Assembly (NCBI GenBank): GCA_010093705.1
Contig: MU006095.1
Location: 1-64,000, forward strand
DNA: 64,000 nt
From: Patellaria atrata CBS 101060
Lineage: Eukaryota
Direction: 5' to 3'
Of this stretch, positions 1 to 13,018 are shown one piece after another. The stretch's first letter is position 1. Each line of letters begins with the position of its first letter. The position numbers and the translations under genes were made by a program. The notes under the pieces were generated by a model. The model did no database searches. It was not told where the DNA came from and worked only from the letters and a program-made list of their open reading frames with translations.

Positions 1-260
1 TTAAAAATCTAGTTTTATTATAATTAAAAAATAATAAAAGTATAAAATATAGATAAAATTTAATTAATTTAAAATTATATTAATAAAAGTTAATATATAA
101 AGAAAAGTAATTATTTAATATATTTTTATAATTAATTTAGAAAATATAAATATAATTTTAAAAATAAATTAATTATAAATAATAAATTTAAATATTAATT
201 AAAAGATAAAAAGTATTTAAATTAATTAAAATATTTTATAAAAAAATAAAGTTAAATAAA

Positions 261-379
261 TAAAATATATTAAATAAATAAATATTAATATATTTATAAA
301 ATATATTAAATAAATAAATATTAATATATTTATAAAATATATTAAATAAATAAATATTAATATATTTATAAAATATATT
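261..379. repeat. 36-bp tandem repeat, ~3.3 copies
   Basis: Unit taaaatatattaaataaataaatattaatatattta at 261, 297 and 333. Confidence 0.85.
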
Positions 380-1019
380 TTATATTATAAAATAATAGAA
401 ATTTATAAAAATAAAATTAAAAGTATAAAAGTAATATAATTTAAAAAAATAAATATTAAAAAGATATTAAATAAATTTAAAATATTTAAAAAATATAATA
501 AATTTAAAAATTTATTTAAAAAAGATATAATAATTATACTTTTAAATTATTAAATATAAAATTATAAAATAATATTTAAAAAAAAGTATAAAATTATAAT
601 TTAATTTTATTTATTTATTATTAAAAAAATAATATAAAATATTTAAAAAATATATTTATATTAATTTAAAAAAAAATATATATAATTTAATAAAAATTTA
701 ATAGTTTTATTAATTTTATTTATATTAAAGAAAAATAATAAATTAAAATTATATATTAATTATAAATAATTAAATAATATTATAATTAAAAATAAATATT
801 ATAATTATAAAATAAAAAAAATATTATTATTAATAAAATAATAATATAAAATATTAAAATAAAATAATAAATATATAAATTATATAATTAATAATAATTA
901 AATAATAATTTTATTAAAAAAAATAAAAATAATAATTTTATTTAAAATAATAAAAATAATAAAAATATATTTATTTATAATTATAAAAAAAGAAATATTT
1001 AAAGATAATCTTTTTTTTA

Positions 1020-2640
1020 TATATTTAAACTTTTTATAATTATTTTTATTATTAATTTAATTTTTAAATTTAAATATTATAATTTTAAATTTAATTTTAT
1101 TTATTATATTATTTTTATATAATATATATTATTTTATTATAAATATAATTTAAAATTAAAAAATTAATAAATTATATTATTAATTTAAAATATCTTTATT
1201 ATATATATTTTATTATTTTATTAAAATTATTTTTATAATTAATTATATTAAATTTATTTTTATTTTTATTTTTAAATTTATTTTATTTTATTTTAATAAA
1301 TATAAACTTTTATTATAATAAATAAATTTTTCTTTTATTTTATATTATATATAATTAATTAATAAAAAAAATAATTATATTATTTTATATAATATTATTT
1401 AAAATTTAAAAAAAAAATTTATATATATAATTTTTAATAAATTATTTATAAAAATTTAAAATTAATTAAAAATTAATTTTTATTTATAATTAATATATAT
1501 ATTAAATAAAATATTTAAAATTATAATTTTTATAATTTTAATAAAAGAAATTTTAAAATAAAGATTATTTAAATTAATATAATTATTATATATATTTAAA
1601 TAATTATAATTAAATATATAATAAATAATAATTTTTATATTTTTATATTTTTATATTTTTATATTTTTATATTTTTATATTTTTATATTTTTATATTTTT
1701 ATATTTTTATATTTTTATATTTTTATATTTTTATATTTTTATATTTTTATATTTTTTTATTATTTAAAATATTAATTATTTTATATTTTAAAATATAAAA
1801 TATAACTTTTTTTTTTAAATTATTAAAATAATTTTTTAATAATTTAATTAATAATAATATAATTTTTAAATAAATTAAATATTTTAATAAATATATTAAA
1901 ATTTAATAATAAAAATTTTATTAAATAATTATTTATTTATTTAATTTAAAAAACTTTAAAAAATTAATAATATTATTATTTTTTATTTATTTATATATTT
2001 TTTCTATTTTATATAATTTTTAAATATTAAATTCTTTAATATATTAAAATAATTATATAATTAAAAATTTAAAAAATATATTAAAATTTATATTATTTAT
2101 ATTATTAAAATAAAGTTTTTTATTATATTTAAAAGTATTTATTTTAATATAATAAAATTTTAAAATATTAAAATTAACTTTTAAATATTAATTTAATATT
2201 ATATAAATTTTTAATTATAATAATAAAATTTAATATTAAATTATAAATATTAATTTATAAATTTTTTAAATATTATATAATATAATAAAAATTTTTTATA
2301 ATTTTAATATATATAAAATTAAATCTTTTAATATTAAAGAAATTTATATATTTATATATTTTTAATAATATTAAAATTAACGAAAAATATATAATTAATA
2401 TTATAATAAAAATCTATATTTATTAAAATAAAATAAAATAATAAAATATATATAATAAAAATATTTTAAATTAATAATATAATTTTTTAATTTTTTAATT
2501 TTAAATAATATTTATAATAAAATAAAATATATTATATAAAAATAATATAATAAATAAAATTAAATTTTAAAATAATAATATTTAAATTTATAAATAAAAA
2601 TAAAAATAAAAATAATTATAAAAAGTTTAAATAATTTTAT
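1020..2640. repeat. Inverted pair of relic repeat copies (~1020-1220 vs ~2430-2640); a further direct copy lies at ~14290-14510
   Basis: The reverse complement of 1060-1220 aligns with 2430-2600; atttattatattatttttatataatatat and ttttaataaatataaacttt recur near 14330 and 14475. Confidence 0.7.
1631..1750. repeat. (ATTTTTAT)n tandem repeat, ~14-15 copies
   Basis: Directly visible 8-bp periodicity. Confidence 0.9.
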
Positions 2641-5600
2641 TTTTTATAATTTAATTTAATAATAATTATTTTATTTATTTTATTTATTATTATAAAATTT
2701 TTTTTTATAAAAAATATTTTATTTTAATATATTTTATATTATTATTTTATTAATAATTTAATTTTTTTAATTTATAATTATAATATTATTATTTTCTTTT
2801 ATAATTTTTATTTTAAAAATATTATCTTATTATTTTTTAATTATAAAGTTTAATATTATTTTAATATTATTATAAATTTTCTATAATTCTTTTTTTTTAA
2901 AAAATATTAAAAATTAAAAATTTTATAATTTATTATTATTATTATTAAATATTAAAGATAAATTTATATAAATTTATAATATTTTTTTTATTTTTTTTTA
3001 TTATTTTTATAATTTTTTCTATTATATTAATTTAAAAATATAATTTAATTTTATATAAAAAAAAGTTTATTTATATAAATAAAATAATATTTTATCTTTA
3101 TTTATTATTTAATTTTATATTAAAAAAATAAAAATAATTATAAAAATTATAATTTTTTATATTTATTAATATTAATTATTTTTATAAATAATTTTAATAT
3201 ATAAATTTATTTATTTATTTATTTATTTTATTTAAAATTTTAAAATAATAAATTTTAAAATAATAAATTTTAAAATAATAAATTTTTTATTTTCTCTTTT
3301 TTTTTATAATTAATATTAATTTTTAATTAATATTAATTTAAATTTTTTTATTTTTAAAATTTTAAAATTCTTTAACTTTAATAATAAAATTTTTTAAATT
3401 TTTATTTATAATTTAATATAAAATATTATTAAATATTATATATTATTAAATAAAATAAAATTTTTTAATAATTATTATTTTTATTATAATATAAAATATT
3501 TTAATAATAATAAAATAATAAAATTAAATAAAATTTATATTTTAAATTTATAAAAAAAATTAATTTTAAAATTTATAATATATTATTATTATATATAATA
3601 TATATTTATAAAAGTTTTAATAAAAATATAATTTAATTTTTATTTAAATTAATTATTAATTTAATTATTAAAAATTTATTATAATTAAAAAATAAATAAT
3701 TATTTAATATATTTTTTATTTTAATTTATTTTTATTTATATTTTAAATATATAAAATAATAAATATAATAAAAAAATTATTAAAGATATAAAATAAAAAA
3801 TAAATAAATAAAATTTAATTTAAAAAAATTATAATATATTTAAATAAATTAAAAATAACTTTTAATTAAATAAAAAATTATTAAAAAATATTTTAAAATA
3901 ATTTTAAAATAATTAATATATAATTTAAATTTATTAAAAAGATAAAAATTAAATATAATATTTATAATTTTAATAAAATTAATTTTTAAATAAATATAAT
4001 TAAATTAATAAAAATTATTATAAATATAAAAAAATATATAAAATTTTATTTTATTTAATTAAATAATTAAAAATAAATTATAATTATTTAAAATATTTAT
4101 ATTATAAAATATATAATTTTATTTTTTATTATTTATAAAATTTATATTTATATTTTTATATAATATAAAAAGATAAATATATTATATAATTAAAAGATTT
4201 TAATCTTTAAAAATATTTAAATAAATAATATATTTAATTTTAAATATTTAAAATATTTTAATATATATAATAAAAGTATATTATTTATTTATTTTTAATA
4301 ATTATAAAAATTATTTTAATTAAAATTTTTAAAATTATTATTTAAAAAATAATATTTTATATATTTTATATATTTTTTTATTAATTATATATATTTTAAT
4401 TATTTAAAATAATTTTTTTTTATTATTAAAATATTAATACTTTTAATATATTTAAAATTTAATATATTAATATATTTTTTATATTAATAAAGAAAAAATT
4501 TTATTAATTTTTAAATATATATTTTTTAATATATTTATAAAGAAATATTTTTATAAAATTTTAAAAATCTTAAATTTTATTTTTATTAATATATATATAA
4601 TATTAAATTATTTTAAAATATATTTATATATTTTATTAAATTATTATTATTATAAATATTATAATATTTAAAAACTTTAAATAATATATTTAAATTATAA
4701 TTATAATTAAAGTTATATAAAATTTTATTATTAAATTATTTATTAAAATTTAATATAAATTTATATAATTTATAAAAAAAATTAAATAAATAATATATAA
4801 AATAATATTTATAAATATTTATATTATTAAATTTAAAATATAATTAATTATAATAATAAAAAGAAAAATATATAAATAAAAATAAATTTAATATAATAAT
4901 ATAATAAAATATAATAAAATATTTATTAAAATATTTATAATATTTTAATAATTAAAGAAAATTTAAAATAATAATAATTATAAAATAATTTAATTAATTA
5001 TATAATATTATAAAAATTATAAAAAAATTAAATATAATATTTAAATATATAAAAAGAATTTAAAAAAAACTTTTAAATTTAATATAAAAATAAATTATAT
5101 AAATTTTTTATTTAATAATAATTAATTTAATATTTTTTATAATAAATTATTTATATTAAAAAATTTTATAATATTTAATAATATTTTATAATAATAAATA
5201 TATATATTATTAAAAATAATAAAAATTATTTTATTTTATTTTTTTAATTATATATAATATTAAATATAATTTTTAATTTTTTTTAAATTATTAAAATTAT
5301 ATAATATAAAATATTATTAAATATTATAGAATTTTTTAATATAAATAATTTATTATAAAAAATATTAAATTAATTATTATTAAAAAAAAATTTATATAAT
5401 TTATATTTATATTAAATTTAAAAATTTCTTTTAAATTTTTTTTATAAATTTAAATATTATATTTAAAATTCTTTATAATTTTTATAATATTATATTATTA
5501 ATTAAATTATTTTATAATTATTATTATTTTAAATTTTTTTTAATTATTTTTATTAATATTTTATTATATTTTATTATATTATTATATTAAATTTATTTTT

Positions 5601-5775
5601 ATTTATATATTTTTTTTAATTATTATTATTAATTATTTTTTAAATTTAATATTATAAATATTTATAAATATATTTTTTTATATTATTAATTTAATTTTTT
5701 TTATAAATTATATAAATTTAAATTTAATTATAATAAATAATTTAATAATATAAAATTTTATAAATTTTAATTATA

Positions 5776-6301
5776 TATTACGGCTATAAGTTATAGGAAC
5801 GTGTAGACGACGAGTGAGGGGAAGAAAGGAACACCACTCGGGAGAACTACGGATGAAACGAGTGATAGAGAATCACGTGACCCAGACGTTGGTCGCTGGT
5901 CGTACTGGTCGCAGAGAACGACCAACGACTAAAACGACTAGACAGTGGTCGCTGGTCGTACTAGTCGCGTAGAACGATCAACGACTAGAACGACTAGAGT
6001 ATAGGCAACCAAATTGACTATAGAGGATAGGAATATTTAAGGACGGTCTTTCCCTCATGTATTTAGATTCTTCGTAGTTATTCTTACCATCAATCTTACC
6101 NNNNNNNNNNNNNNNNNNNNNNNNNNNNNNNNNNNNNNNNNNNNNNNNNNNNNNNNNNNNNNNNNNNNNNNNNNNNNNNNNNNNNNNNNNNNNNNNNNNN
6201 GCCGAACCTACCTTTGTGGTTGACCACGTTAAGTGAGAAGCCAGGCGCGTTTCTAGACTTATCCAGTTCTATCTCGATAAGTATAGACTCCCGTTGTAAC
6301 A
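5776..6301 (+). repeat. 5' LTR (contains a 100-N gap)
   Basis: Matches 12493-13018 except for transitions. Confidence 0.95.
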
Positions 6302-6347
6302 TTATAACTACCACGCAGTAGGAAAGCGTATAATAGACCTAGACACG

Positions 6348-8450
6348 ATGTCGTCAGCCGCAGCCAACACGAAGACGGATAAAGAACATATCCAAGCGTT
6401 GTACAAACGCATCAGCGAACTCGAAAACGAAGGGATAGTCCAAGAACTTAGGGATCAGCTCGAACAACTTACCGTACAGTTGCTCTCACCATAGAAGCGA
6501 ACCGCGAAAGTTAAAGAACCCGCACCATACGATGGAAAGCGAGACGAGCTAAGAGGATTCTTAACCCAGGTGAGGATCTATCATAAGAGAATAGGGCTAA
6601 CGGACGACAGTGAACGTGTACTCGATGCATCAGCGTACCTTAAAGGAGACGCTTTGGAATGGTTCGAACCCATTGCACGAGACTATCTTGAGAACAGCGA
6701 AGAACACCAAGAAGACGAAACAGTTGAGATCTTCAAGTCGTTTCCAAAGTTTGAGGAAACGCTCAAGAACGTCTTTGGGGAAGTCGACGAACAATAGGCA
6801 GCTGAAAGAAAGCTTCAAGGACTCAGATAGAAAGGGTCAGCCTCGAAGTATGCGACTACATTCCAATAGGTAGCATCAACATTGGGTTGGCCCGATGAAC
6901 CACTGATGATCGCTTTTTATCAAGGTCTGAAGGAAGAAGTGAAGGACGAGTGGGTTCATTACGAGAGACCAACAACCATGCAGGACGCAGTGACCTTAGC
7001 AGTTAGAATAGATAATAGATTGTACGAGCGTAGACAGGAAAAGGGAGGACGGAAGAATGTTATGGTTGGATATAGGAAGAAGGTAATAAGGGCCACGAAT
7101 AGACAAGATTAAGGGGACCCGATGGACCTCGACCGACTACAATAGACAAAACAGAAGAAGTCGAAGAAATAACGACAGTTCACCTAAGAAGAAAAAGAAC
7201 GCTTTACGAATAGAGTATATCTACAATACGGAGAAGTGGGACATTTCAAGAAAGACTATCTATAGAAGACGTAACCACCCTCGCGACATAACCGACGTAT
7301 GCAACTCAGAGTCATGCACCTGACACCACCATCACCAGTCTCATCGCTAGAAGAGGAAGAAATTGAAGAAACGCCGCTACTATACTAGACGGGGGTGAGC
7401 AGGCCACCAACGCCGTTCCTAATAGCAGGAAACTGGCTGAAGGAGGAGACACTCCGATAACGTTTAGACAACCAACAATGTTGGGCGTGCGGAAATATAT
7501 GTACACACACAGCATCAGAATGCCCAGCATAGAATCAAGGTTAGAGAATTAGAGTATAAACATCTAATAGACCAGGCCTCACGTACCGGATTATGGAACA
7601 ATAACAACGGCTCGAATAAGAGTTCCGAGATTGGGAGCCGATCGAACCCAAATCCGATACCGACGTGATCGTCGAAGAACAATAGTTGAACCTTACACTA
7701 AGAGTAGAAGACTATCTAGCCTTTCGATGGATATAATATAGAGAGAACGACTACTTATACTATAAATAGTAGAAGGCCATAGCGAAGTTTAGGGATCGAG
7801 ACCCTACTTATATACACTTATCTAAAGGCGAATGCTAGGTAAAAGGATGCAAAATCCACGAAGATGAAACGAGAAAACCGGAAAAGAACCAAGAACTCGA
7901 ACCACCAATAGGCGATTATGGAAAGTACGATAGTTTCGACTACACGGACAAGCTTAGGTGTAGGCGACACTATTAGACACTAATCTATACGGGATGTATA
8001 GTAGCAACGTGGGAAGACTGCGAGTATGGCACGGATTGCTAGTACTATAGAGGTTTAGAAGAAGAGTTCTATAAAGGAAAAGTATTCCCGTAGGAGATGA
8101 AAGTACTCTAAAACGACGAAGAAGTACTTAAACACGTTACTAAGTATAACGTATAAGACTTCGGACAATACGCGATAAGAGGTATATAGTGTAACTATTA
8201 TACGGTATAGAGGTGGAGAGTAGGAATCAAGAGTAACCCTAGCCACGACGTAGTTATTAAGAGGGAGTGTCGAGAGCTCGAATATAAAGAACACCGCAAA
8301 GGCCCGTATTACGATAAACACGATAGACTACACTAGACCGAGTGCACGGAACCCGGTTACCTAGCGTATAGCTACGCAAAAAACTACTAAGCCACTCGAG
8401 ATAGGAACGATTAAGAAATATAGCTCCTAAGTTCCTTAAAACCCTACGAA
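6348..8450 (+). pseudogene. gag: gag remnant with CCHC zinc knuckle and a long Cys/His-rich extension; 3' end approximate
   Basis: ATG at 6348; Retrotrans_gag-like SAYLKGDALEWF and FYQGLKEEVKD; RIP-altered knuckle Y(C)LQY(C)GEVGHFKKDY(C) at ~7217-7258. Confidence 0.85.
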
Positions 8451-8499
8451 GTAACGGTAGAACGCTTTAAATAGATATTACTATATATAGTAAGAGAAC

Positions 8500-11400
8500 G
8501 ATAGCGCTAGTCGATAGCGGCGCCACCGATTCGTTTATCTCACCCCGATAGGTAGAAAAGAAGAGTATACCTTACACGAAACTTGAAAATCCAGTCCCGT
8601 TACGACTAGGAAATAGCGAAGAAATAGAATATAAACGAGGTCTAATTAACTTTAGAACTATACTAGTAGAAGTTAACGTATAAGGAAAGGTAATTACTTA
8701 GCGTATCCCTATAACCGACCTAGGAGATATAGATATAATTCTAGGGATAGACTAGTTATAAATAGTGAACCTAGATATTAACTAGAAGATAAGAAATATC
8801 TAAATTAACCGAGACACCTTACGAAAGGATAAAGTTAAACGAATAAAACGTATTAAGTAAACGAACGCTAGTATATCTATAGAATATATTTCGCACTATA
8901 AGATAATAAAGATCTATAGAAATAAACTTAAGAGTGTAGAAGTAGTATAGCTTAGGAAAATAAACGCTAAGAAGGTTTTTAAAGAATCTAAAATACCTAA
9001 AGAGTATAATAAGTTTAAAGATTTATTTAAGGAAGATATAGCGACTATACTTCCAGATCACTAGATATGGAATTATGAAATAGTGCTAAAGGAGGGTACG
9101 AAACTACGACCCGGTTCAATTTACCCGTTAATAAGAGAATAATATAAAGCACTTAAAGAGTATATCCGTATTAACTTAGAAAAGGGATATATACGATCTA
9201 GTGAAAGCTTAATAGCTTCACTAATTCTATTTATACTAAAGAAGAATAGTAAGCTAAAATTATATATCAATTATAAATAGCTAAATAATATTACGGTCAA
9301 GAATAGATACTTATTACCCTTAATCTTAGAAATCTAAGATAGGTTATAAGAAGTAAAATAGTTTATAAAATTCGATATCTAAGATAGTTACTATCGAATT
9401 AGAATAAAAGAAGGCGAAGAATAGAAGATAGTTATAAGAATAAGATTTAGATTATACGAATATATAATAATACTATTTAACTTAATTAACGCCCTAGTAA
9501 CGTTCTAAGTAGTGATTAATTATATATTACGAGAATACTTAGACGTATTTATAACTACTTACCTAGATAATATGCTAGTATATATAAACGGAACACTCGA
9601 AGAGTATAGGAAGTATATAAAGAAAGTATTAACGAAATTACGAGAAAAGAGACTTCTAATATATCTAGATAAATGTAAATTCTATATTAAAGAAACGAAA
9701 TTTCTAGGCTTTATCGTTACTATTAAAGGCGTACGAGTAGACTTAAAGAAGATAGTTATAGTTAAAGACTAGCTTACTCTAAAAAGTGTAAAAGATATAT
9801 AATCGTTTTTAGATTTCGCGAACTATTATAGGAAGTTTATCTAAGGGTACTTAAAGGTAATAACGCTATTATTAGAATTAATAAAGAAGGAAAATACCTT
9901 TACTTAAATAGAAAAGATATAGGAAGTATTCGATAAATTTAAGAAAAAGTTCACTATAACACCTATCCTAGTTATATTTAATCTAGAGAAATCAATAGTG
10001 CTAGAGACTAACGTATCTAATTATACACTAGATATATATATAAGTTAGCTAGATAAGAAAGAACGACTATATCTAGTAACCTTTTATTCACGGAAATTCA
10101 CGGCCGTAGAATTAAACTATAACGTACACGATAAAGAATTATTAGTAATCGTCGACGTATTTAAATAGTAGAGGTTATACCTTAAAGGACCTAAGTTCAC
10201 TATAAAAGTTTAGTTAAATTATTAAAACTTAATAAACTTTCTTATAATAAAGAAGTTAAATCGAAGATAAGTAAAATAGATAGAAACACTCGTATCTTTT
10301 AACTTTAAGATATTCTATAGACTAGAAGTCGAAAATAAACTAGCCGATACTATAAGTAGAAGATCCGACTACCTAGAAGGAATAAAACCGATACACGACG
10401 CGATACTAAGGAAAGAAAACGACGCGATCACCTATAATTAGCTAAAATTAGCTATAATGCTAATAATCGAATCCACGAGAGAATAACAAATTCGTGATAC
10501 CTATTAGAAGGATAGTATAATAGAGGAGTTCTAAAAGGGTAACGACTCTAAAGCAATAAAAACGGCTTAAGGAATATAGCTATACGACGGACTCGTATAT
10601 ATGCTAACGACACTACGAAAGACCCTTACTAAAGAAATCCACGAAGTACCAGCATATGGTCACTAAGGCATTAATAAAACCTTGGAAAGGATCCTAAGGA
10701 ACTACTATTTCCTAGGGATAAGAAGTATAGTGAAGTAAGTCATCTTAGAGTGTAATGACTATACACGAAATAAGAGTGTAAAGCACGCACCTTATAGACA
10801 AATGCAACACATTGAGCCACTAAAGCGAGCATGGGACTCAATAACGATGGACTTCATTATAGGCCTACTAGGATCCAAAGATCCAGCGATAGGAGTAGAG
10901 TATAACGCGATATTGGTTATCGTGGAACGACTAACAAAGTTCACCTACTTTATACTAGTAAAGACAACGATGATAGCATCACAAGTAGCAGTATTAGTAA
11001 TGAAAACAGTGCTAGCAAATCACTAGATACCGAGAGAGATTATCTTAGATAGAGATAAACTGTTCAAATCAGCGTTTTAGCAAACTCTAGTATAGAGTCT
11101 AGGGGTAAACTATAAGCTATTAACAAGCTTTCACCCATAAATAGATGGCTAAACTAAGAGAATGAATTAATCTCTAGAGCAATACTTACGTAATTATGTG
11201 AATTACTAGTAGAATAACTGGGTAGAGCTACTACCGATAGCATAATTCGCACACAATAGCGCGAAGTCCGATACCACGAAGGTTTCACCCTTCTATGCGA
11301 ACTACGGTTTCGAACCAGAAGCATATCGTGAGCTAAGAACAGTTTAAAGTATTTCATAGGAAGTAACGTTGAAAGCCGGGCAAATCAAAGAATTGCACGC

Positions 11401-11923
11401 ACAGCTATCACGAGATATAGCTTTCCAGACGACAAGGGCTGTAAAGTACAGCAATCAACATAGGTCGCTGGAACCGACCTTTAAAAGGGGGGACAAAGTT
11501 TACTTATTACAAAAAAACCTTAAGACTAAAAGACCTAACAAGAAACTAGACCACAAGAAAATCGGCCCTTTTAAAATCAAACAGGTTAAAGGAAAAGTCA
11601 ATTATAAGTTGGAATTACCATAAGGAATGAAGATACACCCAGTTTTCCACGTATCACTCCTAGAACTAGCACATGCTAACGCTAAACTCTAAACACGACC
11701 TATAGAACTCGAGGAAGAAGATATCTACGAGGTAGAACGAATCTTAGACCTGTAACGAGTAGATGGTCAGTATAAGTACTTAGTAAAATGGAAAGGCTAC
11801 GAACACGTAGATAACACGTGGGAACCACTCAAACACTTGACGAACTGCGATCAGAAACTTGAACAGTTTCATCACCAAAACCAGGGAATTCCAGACCCTC
11901 GAGGGCAGAGAAATCCAAACTAG
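8500..11923 (+). pseudogene. pol: pol remnant: protease, reverse transcriptase, RNase H, integrase, chromodomain
   Basis: ALVDSGAT at ~8503; YLDN (YLDD with G>A) at ~9560; NYNVHDKELL at ~10115; WDSITMDFI at ~10830; KIGPFKI at ~11560; YEVERIL...YLVKWKGY...NTWEP at 11725-11830. Confidence 0.93.
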
Positions 11924-12377
11924 ACCAACCAGAAGGAGACACGATAGCGGAGGAAGAAGGAGCGACCGAGGAAGCTCGCTGCCCTTCGGCTGCTCGCTCC
12001 AAAGCCTCAAGTTCCTCAATGGAACCAAGCTCACGGCGAGACATTTCAAATTCCTTCTCCTCAAGAGAACGAAGTTGTTTGCGAAGGCGACGCACACGAG
12101 CCTAGAGGGATTCTTGCTCATCCTCAGCAGCAGCTAGCTCGGAGCGGGTACGAGCCTTCAAAGCATCGAGCTTATCCCAGTCTTTCTGTGTTACCACGAG
12201 GTCACATTTCGAGCCTCGGGCAAGACACTCAGAACAGAAACCAGAAGGGATATCGACAATACAAGAACGGGAGGAGCGACGACAAGCGGAACAGGGAGTC
12301 GGCATGGGACGACCGTGTAGAGCGACACGGGCAGCGTAGCGACGACGACGGACTGGACGGGGTTCAGCTTTTGGCAT
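11829..12377 (-). pseudogene. Antisense ORF inside the retrotransposon: six-Cys Zn-cluster-like motif plus coiled coil (~180 aa), broken by one TAG
   Basis: MPKAEPR...CSACRRSSRSCIVDIPSGFCSECLARGSKCD...EQESL*ARVRRLRKQLRSLEEKEFEMSRRELGSIEELE. The two listed ORFs share a frame across the TAG at 12102-12104. TATA-like gtatataata on the minus strand at ~12431-12440. Confidence 0.75.
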
Positions 12378-12492
12378 CTCGGAAGAAAGGAAAGAGAGGT
12401 GCATACGACTTAACAGGTGGGCAACACGTCTATTATATACCCAAGCAAAAGAAACAAACTCTTGGGACAAGAGTTGAGAAGGGGGAGGATAG

Positions 12493-13018
12493 TGTTACGG
12501 CCACAAGTTGTAGGAACGTGCAGACGACGAGTGAGGGGAAGAAAGGAACACCACTCGGGAGAACTGCGGATGAAACGAGTGATAGAGAATCACGTGACCC
12601 AGACGTTGGTCGCTGGTCGTACTGGTCGCAGAGAACGACCAACGACCAAAACGACCAGACAGTGGTCGCTGGTCGTACTGGTCGCGTAGAACGACCAACG
12701 ACCAGAACGACCAGAGTATAGGCAACCAAATTGACTATGGAGGATAGGAATATTTAAGGACGGTCTTTCCCTCATGTATTTAGATTCTTCGTAGTTATTC
12801 TTACCATCAATCTTACCNNNNNNNNNNNNNNNNNNNNNNNNNNNNNNNNNNNNNNNNNNNNNNNNNNNNNNNNNNNNNNNNNNNNNNNNNNNNNNNNNNN
12901 NNNNNNNNNNNNNNNNNGCCGAACCTACCTTTGTGGTTGACCACGTTAAGTGAGAAGCCAGGCGCGTTTCTAGACTTATCCAGTTCTATCTCGATAAGTA
13001 TAGACTCCCGTTATAACA
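12493..13018 (+). repeat. 3' LTR (contains a 100-N gap)
   Basis: TGTTAC...TAACA termini, preceded by a polypurine tract. Confidence 0.95.

Larger units (their letters stand above)
1..5775. repeat. Extremely AT-rich block of RIP-degraded repeat/transposon relics
   Basis: C and G almost absent; no ORFs; internal direct and inverted duplications; an adjacent retroelement shows partial CpA>TpA / TpG>TpA conversion. Confidence 0.9.
5776..13018 (+). mobile_element. Full-length Ty3/Gypsy LTR retrotransposon (chromovirus), RIP-inactivated
   Basis: Paired LTRs (T[G>A]TTACGG...TAACA); 5-bp TSD TTATA at 5771-5775 and 13019-13023; PPT gagaagggggaggatag before the 3' LTR; domain order gag-PR-RT-RH-IN-chromodomain; many TAA/TAG stops. 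Confidence 0.97.

Noticed and set aside
1..5775. AT-rich DNA as organellar or contaminant sequence
   Set aside because: No rRNA, tRNA or ORFs. It is continuous with the nuclear retroelement through a TSD and explained by RIP.
12604..12716. CRISPR-like repeat array
   Set aside because: Eukaryotic LTR; short motif repeats without unique spacers; no cas genes.
12188..12775. Several overlapping ORFs across the 3' LTR
   Set aside because: They arise from the GGTCG/CGACC repeats and the antisense gene's shadow frames; no protein motifs.
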